Made by a program: the position numbers and the translations under genes. Below are positions 47,400 through 58,245 of a DNA stretch of 64,000 nucleotides, in pieces. Source of the DNA: a bacterium. Its GTDB lineage: Bacteria > UBA8248. Under the pieces are notes generated by a model. It was not told the origin of the DNA. It saw nothing but the letters and a program-made list of their open reading frames with translations, and did no database searches. Every line of letters begins with the position of its first letter. Positions within the stretch are counted from its first letter, which is position 1. The DNA lies in NCBI GenBank assembly GCA_965261085.1, contig OZ253442.1, forward strand, positions 3,328,001-3,392,000, in the 5' to 3' direction.

Positions 47400-48455
47400 C
47401 TAGTCGTTTGAACTCGCCGCGCGCTCCTCCTGGAACGCGGGCATCACCTCATTCGCAAACCTCTCTAACGATTGAATCGCCTCGTCCTGGACGATGCCGC
47501 GCAGCACGAAGATCATGATGTGGTTCACCTTGAACTCCTCCTGGAGCCGCTTGAGATCGGCTATCACCTTATCCGGCGGGCCGATGACGCCGCCTCCCTC
47601 GATAACCTGGCGGATGTCGACGTCGTAGCTCCAGTTGCGCTTGAGCGCTTCTTTATCCTCCAGGGGCATCTCGATGGAATTCACCGCGCTGCGGTAGGAG
47701 AGATACCAGGATTCGGAAGGTTCGATTTGCTTCCAGGCGTGTTCGGGGTCGTCGCAAACATGGACGTGGTGCGCCATGAGGGAGGGATAATCATTCGGGT
47801 CACCGCCCCGGTTGCGCACGGTTTCGTTGAACAACGCCATTTTCTCGAGATACACGTCAGGCCCCTTGAAGGTGCCCGACGCCATGATGTTGTACCCACT
47901 CTGGCCGGCGAAGACATAGGTTTCGGGACTCGTGCCGGCCAACCAGATGGGAGGACGCGGCTTCTGGATGGGTTTGGGGAAAATCTCCGCGTCGATGCAG
48001 CTATAGTGCTTACCGTGGAAAGTGAGGCATTCCCCCTCCAGCAGGCGGGTCATCACCTCGAGGCCCTCCTGCATCTTCTCTCTGCTCTCGGTGGGCGAGA
48101 TGTTGAAGCCCTGAAATTCCTTGGGCTGGGAACCTCGTCCGACGCCCAACTCCAGACGCCCGCCGCTCAAAACGTCGACCAGGGCGGCCTGCTCGGCCAG
48201 ACGCACCGGATTATGGAAAGGCATGATGCAGATGGCGGTGCCGATTCTGATCTTTTTGCTTCGCTGCGCGATGGCGAGCGCGACCATCAAGGCGTCGGGA
48301 CACATACCCACGCGGGAGAAGTGGTGCTCGGCCAGAAACACGGTGTCGTAGCCGAGTTCGTCGGCCACCTCGCACTGTTCGAACAACTGCTCGAACTCGT
48401 GCTTGTAGGTTTCTCCCTCCTGACAGGCAGGAATATAGAAAAGCGAGAATTTCAT
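47400..48455 (-). CDS. luciferase-like monooxygenase (LLM) family oxidoreductase
   Basis: AEHHF, PVRLAEQAA.VD.LSGGRLELGVGRG, PKP.QKP.PP. Confidence 0.9.
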   Translation of the reverse strand: MKFSLFYIPACQEGETYKHEFEQLFEQCEVADELGYDTVFLAEHHFSRVGMCPDALMVALAIAQRSKKIRIGTAICIMPFHNPVRLAEQAALVDVLSGGRLELGVGRGSQPKEFQGFNISPTESREKMQEGLEVMTRLLEGECLTFHGKHYSCIDAEIFPKPIQKPRPPIWLAGTSPETYVFAGQSGYNIMASGTFKGPDVYLEKMALFNETVRNRGGDPNDYPSLMAHHVHVCDDPEHAWKQIEPSESWYLSYRSAVNSIEMPLEDKEALKRNWSYDVDIRQVIEGGGVIGPPDKVIADLKRLQEEFKVNHIMIFVLRGIVQDEAIQSLERFANEVMPAFQEERAASSND

Positions 48456-48502
48456 CTTTCAGGTCTCCATCCCGTACATGATAATCGTGTGCGCAGGGCG
48501 TC

Positions 48503-48901
48503 TTAAGCACCCATCGTGAATACCTTGTTCGCCCGGATGCGGTAGATAACGCGCACCTGGCCCTCCTGGCGGTTGGGGTAGCTGTCCACGCCCAGATATT
48601 TTTTCGCCAAAGCGTCGATGTGCTCCTCCGCCCCGTTTTCCGTGACCTCCACCACCGTACCCTGCATCCCCACCCATTTGTAGGGATTTTCCGGGTCGAC
48701 GATGGCGATCGACACCTGCGGACGCACGCGCATGTTGAGGTCCTTCAGGCGGCCTTTGGCCGAATTGATCTCGATGATGTCCCCATTGGTATCGAACCAG
48801 ACGGGAGAGACCTGGGGGGAGCCGTCCTTGTTCTGGGTTCCCAGATACAAGAGGGCCTTGGTGTCGAGAATGCCGGCATGAGAATCGGGTATCAGCGCCA
48901 T
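48503..48901 (-). CDS. PPOX-class (F420-dependent-like) split beta-barrel oxidoreductase
   Basis: DGSPQVSPVW, K..N....P.V, HID.LAKKY.G. Confidence 0.88.
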   Translation of the reverse strand: MALIPDSHAGILDTKALLYLGTQNKDGSPQVSPVWFDTNGDIIEINSAKGRLKDLNMRVRPQVSIAIVDPENPYKWVGMQGTVVEVTENGAEEHIDALAKKYLGVDSYPNRQEGQVRVIYRIRANKVFTMGA

Positions 48902-48949
48902 TTTAGGTTCCTCATATGAAAAAGACGGTCGATTACGCCCGAGATGCGC

Positions 48950-49930
48950 TCATACGCACTTGGGCAAAACCTCTTCGGTGAACATTTTGAGAGATTCGTC
49001 GAAATCCTGGTTCGGGGGGTCGATCATGATGCTCTTGACCCCGTAGGATTCAATCTCCTGGATGCGATCGACGCACTCCTCGGGCGTTCCCGTGATGGTG
49101 AAGCGATCCAAAATGTAATCGGTGATGAGGGGCACGTGCTTCGGGTCGCGCCAGTTGCTCACGTCGAAATTGTCCAGGAGGTGTTGAATTTCGGGCTTGA
49201 ACGCATCGGGCACCGAGTCGAGCGTCATGCGGAAATTATGATGCGCGCGGTTCGCCACCCGCGCCCGCACCTTCTCACGCGCGCGCGTACTGTCGGTATC
49301 CACGGAGACGACCGCGCCGAAAATCACGTCCATCTCACCAAGAGAGGAATCGCGATTGGCAATCCCCTCGTTCAGGTACTTCAAAACCCAGTCCACCGTC
49401 TCCTTGTAGACGCCCGAACCCACGATGACGCCGTCCGCGATTTCACCGGACATGGCGAGCGTCCTGGGGCCTTCGGCGGAGGTGTATATGGGGATTTCGC
49501 GCGCGCACCACATGCTCACGTCCACGCCCTCGGCGTATTCAACCGTCTCGCCGCGCGTGAACGCGCGAATGGCCGCGATGGACTCGCGCATCCTGGCGAG
49601 TCTGGCCATCTTCTTGCCCAGGGTATAGACGGGCGTATCGCCCGAGCCGATGCCGAACAGCACGCGGCCTCCCGATAGTTCATCGAGCGTGGCGATAGCA
49701 CTCGCCGCGACGCTGTCGTCGTGAAGAACCGGATTCGTAACGCCCGGACCGATTTTCACATGCGAGGTCTTCTCGATCGCCAGAGCGAGCGCGATGTTGT
49801 GATCCCGGCAGGTGAGATGGCTCTCCGCTATCCATACCTGTTCGAAACCGTTGTCCTCGGCGTATTTCGAGCGCTCCGCCACGACCCGGACGTCATCCGG
49901 CACCAGATGAAGACTAAAGCTCATACCCAC
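48950..49930 (-). CDS. LLM-class oxidoreductase (Mer-like)
   Basis: GPGVTNP, ATLDELSGGR...GIG.GD, GPRTL...GEIADG. Confidence 0.88.
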   Translation of the reverse strand: MGMSFSLHLVPDDVRVVAERSKYAEDNGFEQVWIAESHLTCRDHNIALALAIEKTSHVKIGPGVTNPVLHDDSVAASAIATLDELSGGRVLFGIGSGDTPVYTLGKKMARLARMRESIAAIRAFTRGETVEYAEGVDVSMWCAREIPIYTSAEGPRTLAMSGEIADGVIVGSGVYKETVDWVLKYLNEGIANRDSSLGEMDVIFGAVVSVDTDSTRAREKVRARVANRAHHNFRMTLDSVPDAFKPEIQHLLDNFDVSNWRDPKHVPLITDYILDRFTITGTPEECVDRIQEIESYGVKSIMIDPPNQDFDESLKMFTEEVLPKCV

Positions 49931-49978
49931 GACAAAGCGCCTCCCGAATTTTCAGAGAAAAAAGAAACCATCAAGGTA

Positions 49979-51049
49979 TCAAGACTGACTTCCATTGGAG
50001 CCGACGGGCGCGGTGGCGTTCACCAGCGGCATGACGTCGTTGGCGAAGCTCTCAATCGACCGCATCACCGAGGCGTGGTCCGGCCCGCGCCAAGGCGCCA
50101 GGATGACGTGATTGACACCGTAATCATCCCGCAGCCTGCAGATATCTTCCGTCACGGCCTGCGGATCGGCAATGATGCCGCCGCCCCTGACAATCTCGGC
50201 GACGTCCAGTTCATAACTCCAGTTGCGCTTTAAGTGCTTCGCCTCTTCCTCGGGCATTTCCACCTCGTTCATCTTCGCCCGGTATCGCAGATACTCACCC
50301 TCGCCCTCTACCGTGAGCTTGAAGTTTTCATCCGCATCCTCCGCATCGCACACGTGGATGTGGTGAACGAGCGGCCGCGCGGTTCCGGAGGGGTCGCCGC
50401 CTGATTTTCTGATGGCGTCCTCATAAAGCCCGAACTTTTCCTTATAGACCTCGGGGCCCGTGAAGCCGGCCGAGGCCATCACCTTGAAGCCGTTCTCGCC
50501 CGCGTAGGTGTAGGTTTCCGGGCTCGTTCCCGCCAGCCAGATGGGGGGCCTGGGCTTTTGCAGAGGCTTGGGGAAGATTTCCACATTCTTGCACTGATGA
50601 TGCCGGCCCTTAAACGTCACCTTCTCTCCTTCCAGAAGGCGGGAGAGAATGTGGAGTCCCTCTTTCAAGCGCTCGCGGCTTTCGGAGGGCCTCACGCCGA
50701 ACCCCTGAAACTCCTTGGGCTGGGAGCCGCGCCCCACCCCCAACTCGAGCCTGCCGCCGCTCAAGAGATCGACCATGGCGGCCTGCTCGGCCAGCCGGAC
50801 GGGATCGTGGAACGACATGATGGAAATGGCCGTGCCCACATGTATTTTTTTCGTCTTCTGGGCCACCGCCGCGCAGATGAGGAGGGGATCGGGGATCATC
50901 CCGACGCGCGAGAAGTGATGCTCGGCGTACCAGACGCACGAGTAGCCCAACTCATCGGCCAGCACGCTTTCTTCGATCATCTCCTCATGGACCTGCGCCT
51001 CGGTCATGTCTTCGGGACGATACAGGATGTAGAACAAGGAAAAATCCAT
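49979..51049 (-). CDS. LLM family oxidoreductase, paralogue of 47400..48455
   Basis: AEHHFSRVG, GRGSQPKEFQGF, PPIWLAGTSPETY shared between the two. Confidence 0.9.
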   Translation of the reverse strand: MDFSLFYILYRPEDMTEAQVHEEMIEESVLADELGYSCVWYAEHHFSRVGMIPDPLLICAAVAQKTKKIHVGTAISIMSFHDPVRLAEQAAMVDLLSGGRLELGVGRGSQPKEFQGFGVRPSESRERLKEGLHILSRLLEGEKVTFKGRHHQCKNVEIFPKPLQKPRPPIWLAGTSPETYTYAGENGFKVMASAGFTGPEVYKEKFGLYEDAIRKSGGDPSGTARPLVHHIHVCDAEDADENFKLTVEGEGEYLRYRAKMNEVEMPEEEAKHLKRNWSYELDVAEIVRGGGIIADPQAVTEDICRLRDDYGVNHVILAPWRGPDHASVMRSIESFANDVMPLVNATAPVGSNGSQS

Positions 51050-51313
51050 TCAAAACCCTCGATTCCAGTGCGTCGAAGCCGTGGTTCACGGCTCTATTCC
51101 AGATGCCGAAAGGGGCATCCGACACTTGATGATGAAACGATCCTGTGAGGTTTCCCGTAAGCAAGGTTGGCGGTTATAATGCCGATATAATCACAGCGGC
51201 GTCAAGGTTCAGCGCCTAATTTGCGGATTTCTCGCGATAAACCATTCACGTCTTCGAGAGACGCTTTCGGCCTTATCTCGCCTGGAGCAGAAGTTCTTTT
51301 TAACGGGGTTATT

Positions 51314-52072
51314 TTGAGTCCTCTGGTCTACATTCTGGTTTTTTGCGCCGCATTCGTCGGCTCGGGACTAAAAGCGGTGGGCGGATTCGGCTTCGCCACC
51401 CTGACGACGCCCACCGTGGCCATTTTTTGGGACGTGCCGACGGCCATCGCCGTCATCTCCATCCCCACCCTGTGTACGAGCCTCATGAACGCCTGGCGAA
51501 CGCGCGCGGCCGTTCAGGAGGGGCTCAGGCCCTTCATTCCCTTCTTTTCGATGAGCCTGGTGGGCCTGGGCGTCGGCTTGACGATTCTCCTGAACACGGA
51601 CCCGCGCCTGATGAAATTCATACTCGGCGCTTTTCTCATCTGCCAAATCGTCTGGCAATGGATGCAGCCCGAAAAATCGGCGCCCGAGGATTCCCTGAAA
51701 CGCTCGCTGGGCATGGGAGCGGTCGCCGGGCTGATGCTGGGCACCATCAACATTCCTTCCCACGTCATCGCCTCCTACCTCACGGGAATGAAAATTTCCA
51801 AAGAGCGCTATCTGTTCGTTCTGAGCGCCAGCCAGGTCGTGCTCCGGGTCGCGGCCATCGCTTCTATCGCGGCCGCGGGTTACATCGACTCCACGGCCTT
51901 GTGGCTCATCCTCGTCTTGACGGCGCCCGTGCTGCTCGGGTTTTTCGTGGGCACGAAGATATACAACATTTTTACGGATCAGCTGTTCTTCCGAATCGTC
52001 ACGATCATACTGTTCATAATGGGCGTCCTCCTCCTCGTGATGAACTTCGAGGCGTTCGTCGCCTTTTTCTGA
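51314..52072 (+). CDS. TauE/SafE (TSUP) family exporter
   Basis: GFGF....P motif, about 8 TM segments; start uncertain (TTG). Confidence 0.8.
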   Translation: MSPLVYILVFCAAFVGSGLKAVGGFGFATLTTPTVAIFWDVPTAIAVISIPTLCTSLMNAWRTRAAVQEGLRPFIPFFSMSLVGLGVGLTILLNTDPRLMKFILGAFLICQIVWQWMQPEKSAPEDSLKRSLGMGAVAGLMLGTINIPSHVIASYLTGMKISKERYLFVLSASQVVLRVAAIASIAAAGYIDSTALWLILVLTAPVLLGFFVGTKIYNIFTDQLFFRIVTIILFIMGVLLLVMNFEAFVAFF

Positions 52073-52216
52073 TTATTCCGAAATGAATCGCGGAGCCTGA
52101 CGGAATTGACGGGGGCGAATAATCTGCGCTATTTTCTGGATTCATCATAAATAATGGCAAAAAATTGATGAAAGGCGTGACTGCGTTCATCGGATATTTC
52201 AAAAGGGCCGAATAAA

Positions 52217-52969
<753 letters not shown>

Positions 52970-52996
52970 CGTCACCTCCGCATCGGAATCACAAAC

Positions 52997-53031
52997 AAAA
53001 AGGCCGGCCCCCGAGGGAGCCGGCCTTTCTT
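52997..53031. terminator. bidirectional intrinsic terminator
   Basis: AAAAAGGCCGGC...GCCGGCCTTTCTT between convergent genes. Confidence 0.8.
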
Positions 53032-53052
53032 ATGGCCTTTCGATTTTATTCG

Positions 53053-53919
53053 TTATTGGCGCTGTCCGCCGACCTCTTCCATCATGCCCCACTTGACGAC
53101 GGTCACTTTTTCGAATTTCTCAAAAATGAATTTCTCCATCACGAACCCGACCAGGGCGATGGCCGCGATTCCCACCAGCATGAAAGCCGTATCGAGGTCT
53201 TCGCGGCTGTCGAAGATGGCGTAGCCCAGGCCCCAGTCACTCGCGGCCACCATCTCTCCGGCGATGCCGGCGCGCCATGCGCGCGCGAGGCCGATGCGGA
53301 TGCCCGAGAGAATGAACGGCAGCGAACCGGGGAAAATGACTTTCCAGAACAGAGTCATACCCTCTGCGTTCATCGATTGCGCCGCGCGTATCCAAATCGG
53401 GTTGATGGTCTTCACCCCCGTCCACGTCGAGGAGATGGCCGGCAACGCCGCGGCGAATGCGGTGATGAAAATCATGGTCGTGTTGCCGAGGCCGAACCAC
53501 AAGACAAGAATCGGGCTCCAGGCCAGGGCCGGAATGGGCAGCAACATGCTCAGGATGGGGATCATGAACTTCTCGAACCAGCCGACGCGCCCCATGGCGA
53601 TGCCGATGGCTATCCCCACGAAGCCTGCGATGAGCATTCCTATCATGATCCGCCAGGCGGTGTGGTAGGAGTGTACGCACAAAACACACGTGGTCTCACC
53701 GGACTTCAGGAAGGTGACCTCATAAAAGCGGTGGACAATGGGAAATACGCGCGGAAACAACGCGGGTTCGTTCACGTACCAGGCGATACACTCCCATATC
53801 ACGAGCACCGCGATGAAGCTCGGGATGTTGTCCTTGATCCACATCCAGAATCTTTCTTGCCTGGTGTACTCGGTAGCTAGTTTTACGTCATCCCTTCTGA
53901 CTTCACTCGCCGTGGCCAT
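53053..53919 (-). CDS. NitT/TauT ABC permease
   Basis: IP.LAW.P...WFG.G, AWR....EM...GLG; SD GGAGG. Confidence 0.9.
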   Translation of the reverse strand: MATASEVRRDDVKLATEYTRQERFWMWIKDNIPSFIAVLVIWECIAWYVNEPALFPRVFPIVHRFYEVTFLKSGETTCVLCVHSYHTAWRIMIGMLIAGFVGIAIGIAMGRVGWFEKFMIPILSMLLPIPALAWSPILVLWFGLGNTTMIFITAFAAALPAISSTWTGVKTINPIWIRAAQSMNAEGMTLFWKVIFPGSLPFILSGIRIGLARAWRAGIAGEMVAASDWGLGYAIFDSREDLDTAFMLVGIAAIALVGFVMEKFIFEKFEKVTVVKWGMMEEVGGQRQ

Positions 53920-54182
53920 CAAACAGCCTCCCAAATCATGCGAAATTCAAGACATCTCATATACGTTTCTCTCATAGCCGAAGCCATGGAATCATCCCGT
54001 CTGTTCTGTGTGGTTCATTGCGGGCTACGTCCAATATGCGGCCATTCTTGCAAAAATACTATTTCAAGTCAAAATCTTCGAGCAAAATACGCGCGTTTTC
54101 AGATCATGGAATTGCGCGCGAATATCGCCTCATCCCGCTTTTTCCTGCCCTACTCCCCTCGCCGGGGATTTTCTTCGCTCGT

Positions 54183-54644
54183 CTACTGCCGGCCTAAATC
54201 AATTGCCGCCTGATTCGGGACCTTCTCGGCAATATCCCGAAAACGGGCGGCCACGCTCTCATCCGCGCCCTCGCCGATATACGCGCCATACGCAGAATCA
54301 TCCTCGGCGACTCCCTCGATCTGCCAGGTCGTATCCTTCGCCACGATGAAAATAACGTCCTCATCATCCGTGGCCACCATGCTGTGGAGCGAATTCGCCG
54401 GTATGTGGATGATGCCCCCCGCGCCGACCGTTTTCCGCTCGCCGTCGATCATCGCCTGGAGGCTGCCCTGCTGCACGAGAATGAACTGCTCGTTGGGATG
54501 GCGGTGTGGTCGGCTGCCCGTGCCCGCCGGCTTGTTGATGACGCCGAATATGACGCGCTCGCCGTCGACCCACACGCCCTCGGAGGTGCTATAGCTCGCC
54601 CCCGCCAGTTTTTGCTCCATCGTTTTTGGATCATAAAAAGGCAT
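54183..54644 (-). CDS. cupin domain protein
   Basis: PHRHPNEQ, G..IHIP....H. Confidence 0.88.
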   Translation of the reverse strand: MPFYDPKTMEQKLAGASYSTSEGVWVDGERVIFGVINKPAGTGSRPHRHPNEQFILVQQGSLQAMIDGERKTVGAGGIIHIPANSLHSMVATDDEDVIFIVAKDTTWQIEGVAEDDSAYGAYIGEGADESVAARFRDIAEKVPNQAAIDLGRQ

Positions 54645-54712
54645 TGTCTTGCGTTTCCTCCAATCGGTTGTTCAAAGGCTCATAGATAAATTTTGCGCTT
54701 CCGCTCGTTTGG

Positions 54713-55747
54713 TTATATTTCCCTGAATTCGGTGGCGACGGCGAACCCCTTGTTCCCCACCTCGAGCGGCCCGCTGCACCTGCTGAAGAAAAGCACGCCA
54801 TCGGCGGGACTGCGCAATTCCTCCACCACCTCGAGACTGAAAGGATCGAGCATTTCACCCAGTAATTCTCCTTCGCTCACCTTGGCGCCCAGGTCTGCGA
54901 AATGCGTTTTTCGCGAGATGAGGTATCCCCCGTTCGAGGGGTTGGCCTCTGCGCGATGGGCGAAATCGAAATAGGTGATCCTCAATCTCATCTCATCTCC
55001 GGCCATCATCCCGAGATGAACGAGGAGATTCAAAAAGCCTTTCTCCAGGTCGCCGCGATAGAGATTCTCCTCGCACTCAGGGAGGTAGGCGCCGCCAATT
55101 TCCACGCTGATGGCGGGTATCTTCTGCGTGAGCGCATAGCCCGAAGCGCTCGATTTGCCGAAGGGCACGCCATGCACCAGCGCAGCACCACCGCTTGCGA
55201 AAGCGATTGCCATCTCGCGCGATTTTTCGGCGAGCGGGCCTTCGGTGTCCGGGTCCGTATCAACGCGCCTTTGGATTCTTCCCGCCGCCCCGCCCGAGTG
55301 ACATTCCACGAAATAATCCGCGCCCTCGATCAGGATTTCACGAATCTTGTGCGCATAGCGCTGCGTGAGCGTCCCTCTGGCCGAACCCGGAAAAGCGCCC
55401 CAAAGATTCGTCTGCTCGTGCTGATCCGGGGATTGACGCGAGAAATGCGCGAACGCGAACGGGTTCGCCACCGGAACGAGCAACAGGGCGCCGCTCAATT
55501 GCGCGCGATCTATTTGCCCCAGCACATTTTGAAACGCGCGAATCGGCTGCGGCTCATCCCCGTGGACGCACGCCAGAACGGAAAGGGTGGGGCCAGGCTT
55601 TGCCCCTCTCACGCAATGAAGGGGCAGACCCGTTTCGGAGCCTGTGAGCATTTGCGCCACGGGGATTTTCACGTATTCATACGCGCCGGGGGCTATCGCC
55701 ACACCTGCGATTTCCCAGGTATCCGCACTCGTTTCGCTCACCCTCAA
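54713..55747 (-). CDS. succinylglutamate desuccinylase/aspartoacylase (M14) family protein
   Basis: HGDE, ANP, FPG, HSG, EIGG. Confidence 0.87.
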   Translation of the reverse strand: MRVSETSADTWEIAGVAIAPGAYEYVKIPVAQMLTGSETGLPLHCVRGAKPGPTLSVLACVHGDEPQPIRAFQNVLGQIDRAQLSGALLLVPVANPFAFAHFSRQSPDQHEQTNLWGAFPGSARGTLTQRYAHKIREILIEGADYFVECHSGGAAGRIQRRVDTDPDTEGPLAEKSREMAIAFASGGAALVHGVPFGKSSASGYALTQKIPAISVEIGGAYLPECEENLYRGDLEKGFLNLLVHLGMMAGDEMRLRITYFDFAHRAEANPSNGGYLISRKTHFADLGAKVSEGELLGEMLDPFSLEVVEELRSPADGVLFFSRCSGPLEVGNKGFAVATEFREI

Positions 55748-56745
55748 TGCCCCCTGATCTCGGAAACCTCGACCACGCGCCCGCTCCTAGCACTCTCGAC
55801 GATCGACTCCAAAACGGCCACGACTTCCCGCGCGGCCTTGCCGTCCGTCTCGGGCGTGGCCTCGCCCCGGATACATTTGCCGAATTCCTTTATCTCTTCT
55901 GCGAGCGCATCGCCGCCGTCTACGGACAACTCGCTTCTTTGGTTTTCGTCCTTTTTCTGGAGATAAAGCTTCTCCCCCTCGTCCTCGCTCCATGCAGAGG
56001 CTTCGGTGCCGTGCGCCGACGTCGTGCATTGCTTGGGCGTGACGTAGCAGGTGGTGATGTACCCGAGCGGTCCGCTCTCGTATTCGAGAATGATGTTCGT
56101 CACGTCATCGAGATTGCCCGCGCCGAACAGTTGTTTGCTGAACGCGCTCACCCGCTTCGCGGGGCCGGTCAGGTACTGGAGATTGTCCACCATGTGGACG
56201 CCCAGCCCCGTCATCCCCCCCGCCGGGCATTCCGCCGGGTCGTTTCTCCAGCCGCTTCTCGGGTTTTGCCCGTTGGGATTCGAAAGATTCGCCTCCAGAG
56301 CGTGAATCATCCCCAGTGCACCCTCGTCTATCATCTCGCGTATCTTCCGGTTCGCTCCCTGCCGCCTTCTGTGGTGCCCGATCAGGAGCGTAACGCCTAC
56401 TTTTTCAGTGGCGTCGATGCACTTGTCCGCATCGGCGACCGTCAAGGTGAGCGGCTTTTCGACAAACACGTGCTTGCCCGCCGATGCAGCCTGTGTAATC
56501 AGGTCCGTATGCGTGGAATGGGGCGTGGCGATCAATATCCCCTCCACCTCGCTATCCATCAGGACTTCTTCAAAAGACGCCGCCGGGCGGCACCCGAATT
56601 TCTCGGCGAATTCCTCGCGCGCCGATTCGGTTCTCGTGAAACACCGAACGATTTCCACGTTTCCCGCCCTTTTCGCGGCATTCGCCAGCATGGTTCCCCA
56701 ATTCGCCAAACCGATGGACGCCAATCGAACCTTTTCATCCCCCAT
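55744..56745 (-). CDS. Gfo/Idh/MocA oxidoreductase
   Basis: ATPH..H, GKHVFVEKP, GVH.VD. Confidence 0.9.
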   Translation of the reverse strand: MGDEKVRLASIGLANWGTMLANAAKRAGNVEIVRCFTRTESAREEFAEKFGCRPAASFEEVLMDSEVEGILIATPHSTHTDLITQAASAGKHVFVEKPLTLTVADADKCIDATEKVGVTLLIGHHRRRQGANRKIREMIDEGALGMIHALEANLSNPNGQNPRSGWRNDPAECPAGGMTGLGVHMVDNLQYLTGPAKRVSAFSKQLFGAGNLDDVTNIILEYESGPLGYITTCYVTPKQCTTSAHGTEASAWSEDEGEKLYLQKKDENQRSELSVDGGDALAEEIKEFGKCIRGEATPETDGKAAREVVAVLESIVESARSGRVVEVSEIRGH

Positions 56746-56991
56746 AACAACCCCCAGTAAGTTTGATATATGCCGTTAAAAATCCACGTTCGCGCCCATC
56801 GCCATGAAAAGGCGGAGGGAAGCTTCATCTTTTTTGTCGAACATAAATTGTCAGACGCGACGGGAAAGGGTAACATTCGCCCCTTGGGTTCAACAAACCT
56901 GATAATAAAATTTTTGATTCTCGGCGACACCTTGCCGTGATTCACCGAAAATCCCTGTACGGACAATTTCGTCAAAAAAGGAGTTTGCTGG

Positions 56992-57819
56992 ATGCCATTT
57001 CACCGTTTCGAAGAAATAGAGAAAAAAGCCGTCTCGCCCCATCTCTCCTCGGGACAAGGCGCCATCGTCGAAGGGGAATTCATGTATTTCTGCCAGGTCA
57101 GCAAGGTGGCCGGCACGGGTTCCCAGATACATTATCACCCCAACGAACTCATGATTTTTCCCATCCGGGGGAAAATAAACGCGCTCGTCGGAAAGGACAG
57201 GCGAGTCGTCTCTCCGGGCACCTTTGTTCACGTGCCTGCGTACGCGCAGCATCAGATGATCGCCACCGAAGACGGCGACATGGACTACCTCTACGTGAAG
57301 GACCGCTCCTGGACGGTCGTGGGTCTGGATAGGGACCAGGTGGTGCCGGACAAGGCGCTCACCGTCGAGGAGATCAACGAACAATACGAGGGAGGCACCG
57401 CCGCCGACGTCGAAAGAGACGTCGAAAAGGCGCAAATCATCGTCGAGGGCTTGAAGAACTCCTATTACCCGCTTATCCCCTCCTTCGACGCCCCTGAATG
57501 CTCGGGACACCATACCGTGTGGATCGAAGGCGAACGCCTCGCGTTCGGGTATGGAGAAATACCTGAGGGCTTCGAGGATTCGACCACCGAGAACGCGCAC
57601 GAACAATTCGTCTACATTCTCAAAGGAGTCATCGACGCCCAGGTGGACGATGATCGGCAACAGGCGGGTCCCGGTTCCATCATCCATATTCCCAAGGGTT
57701 CGAAGCGAAACCTCTCCACCCAGAGCGGCCAGCATGCGCGCTACGCATCGGTGCGGGCCATGCTGAGGCTCGAGCAGATGTTGAGAGAAAAGGCGACGGG
57801 CATGGCGGCGCAGAACTAA
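56992..57819 (+). CDS. bicupin protein
   Basis: HYHPNE...H in domain 1; degenerate second cupin (HEQF, IIHIP). Confidence 0.82.
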   Translation: MPFHRFEEIEKKAVSPHLSSGQGAIVEGEFMYFCQVSKVAGTGSQIHYHPNELMIFPIRGKINALVGKDRRVVSPGTFVHVPAYAQHQMIATEDGDMDYLYVKDRSWTVVGLDRDQVVPDKALTVEEINEQYEGGTAADVERDVEKAQIIVEGLKNSYYPLIPSFDAPECSGHHTVWIEGERLAFGYGEIPEGFEDSTTENAHEQFVYILKGVIDAQVDDDRQQAGPGSIIHIPKGSKRNLSTQSGQHARYASVRAMLRLEQMLREKATGMAAQN

Positions 57820-57836
57820 GACGGGGCGAATCACAC

Positions 57837-58235
57837 ATGGCGAAACACCTGGTGTGCAAAATATCGGAACTGCCCCCCGGTGCGCGGAAGATAATCGAGA
57901 TCGAGGGCCGCTCCATCGGCGTGTTCAACATCAAGAATTCCCTATATGCGGTGAGAAACTCCTGCCCGCACCAGGGCGCGCCGCTTTGTCTCGGCAAGGT
58001 CAAGGGCACGATGAAATCGTCCAAGCCGCATACCTATAATTACGTGATGGACGAGCAGGTTCTCGTGTGCCCGTGGCATTGCTGGGAGTTCGACATCACG
58101 AACGGGCGTTCCGTATTCAACCCCCACAGAATGCGCGTCAAAACCTATGAGGTCACGCTCGAGGCGGAAGAAGACCCCTCCATCGAGACCTACCAAGTCA
58201 CTCTCGAAAAAGACCTGGTGATGCTGCACGTGTGA
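57837..58235 (+). CDS. Rieske [2Fe-2S] ferredoxin, paralogue of 15646..16056
   Basis: CPHQGAPLC...CPWHCWEFDI. Confidence 0.92.
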   Translation: MAKHLVCKISELPPGARKIIEIEGRSIGVFNIKNSLYAVRNSCPHQGAPLCLGKVKGTMKSSKPHTYNYVMDEQVLVCPWHCWEFDITNGRSVFNPHRMRVKTYEVTLEAEEDPSIETYQVTLEKDLVMLHV

Positions 58236-58245
58236 TTCCTCGCTA

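Noticed and set aside
53670-53695. c-type heme motif in the ABC permease
   Set aside because: The sequence is CxxCxH, not CxxCH.
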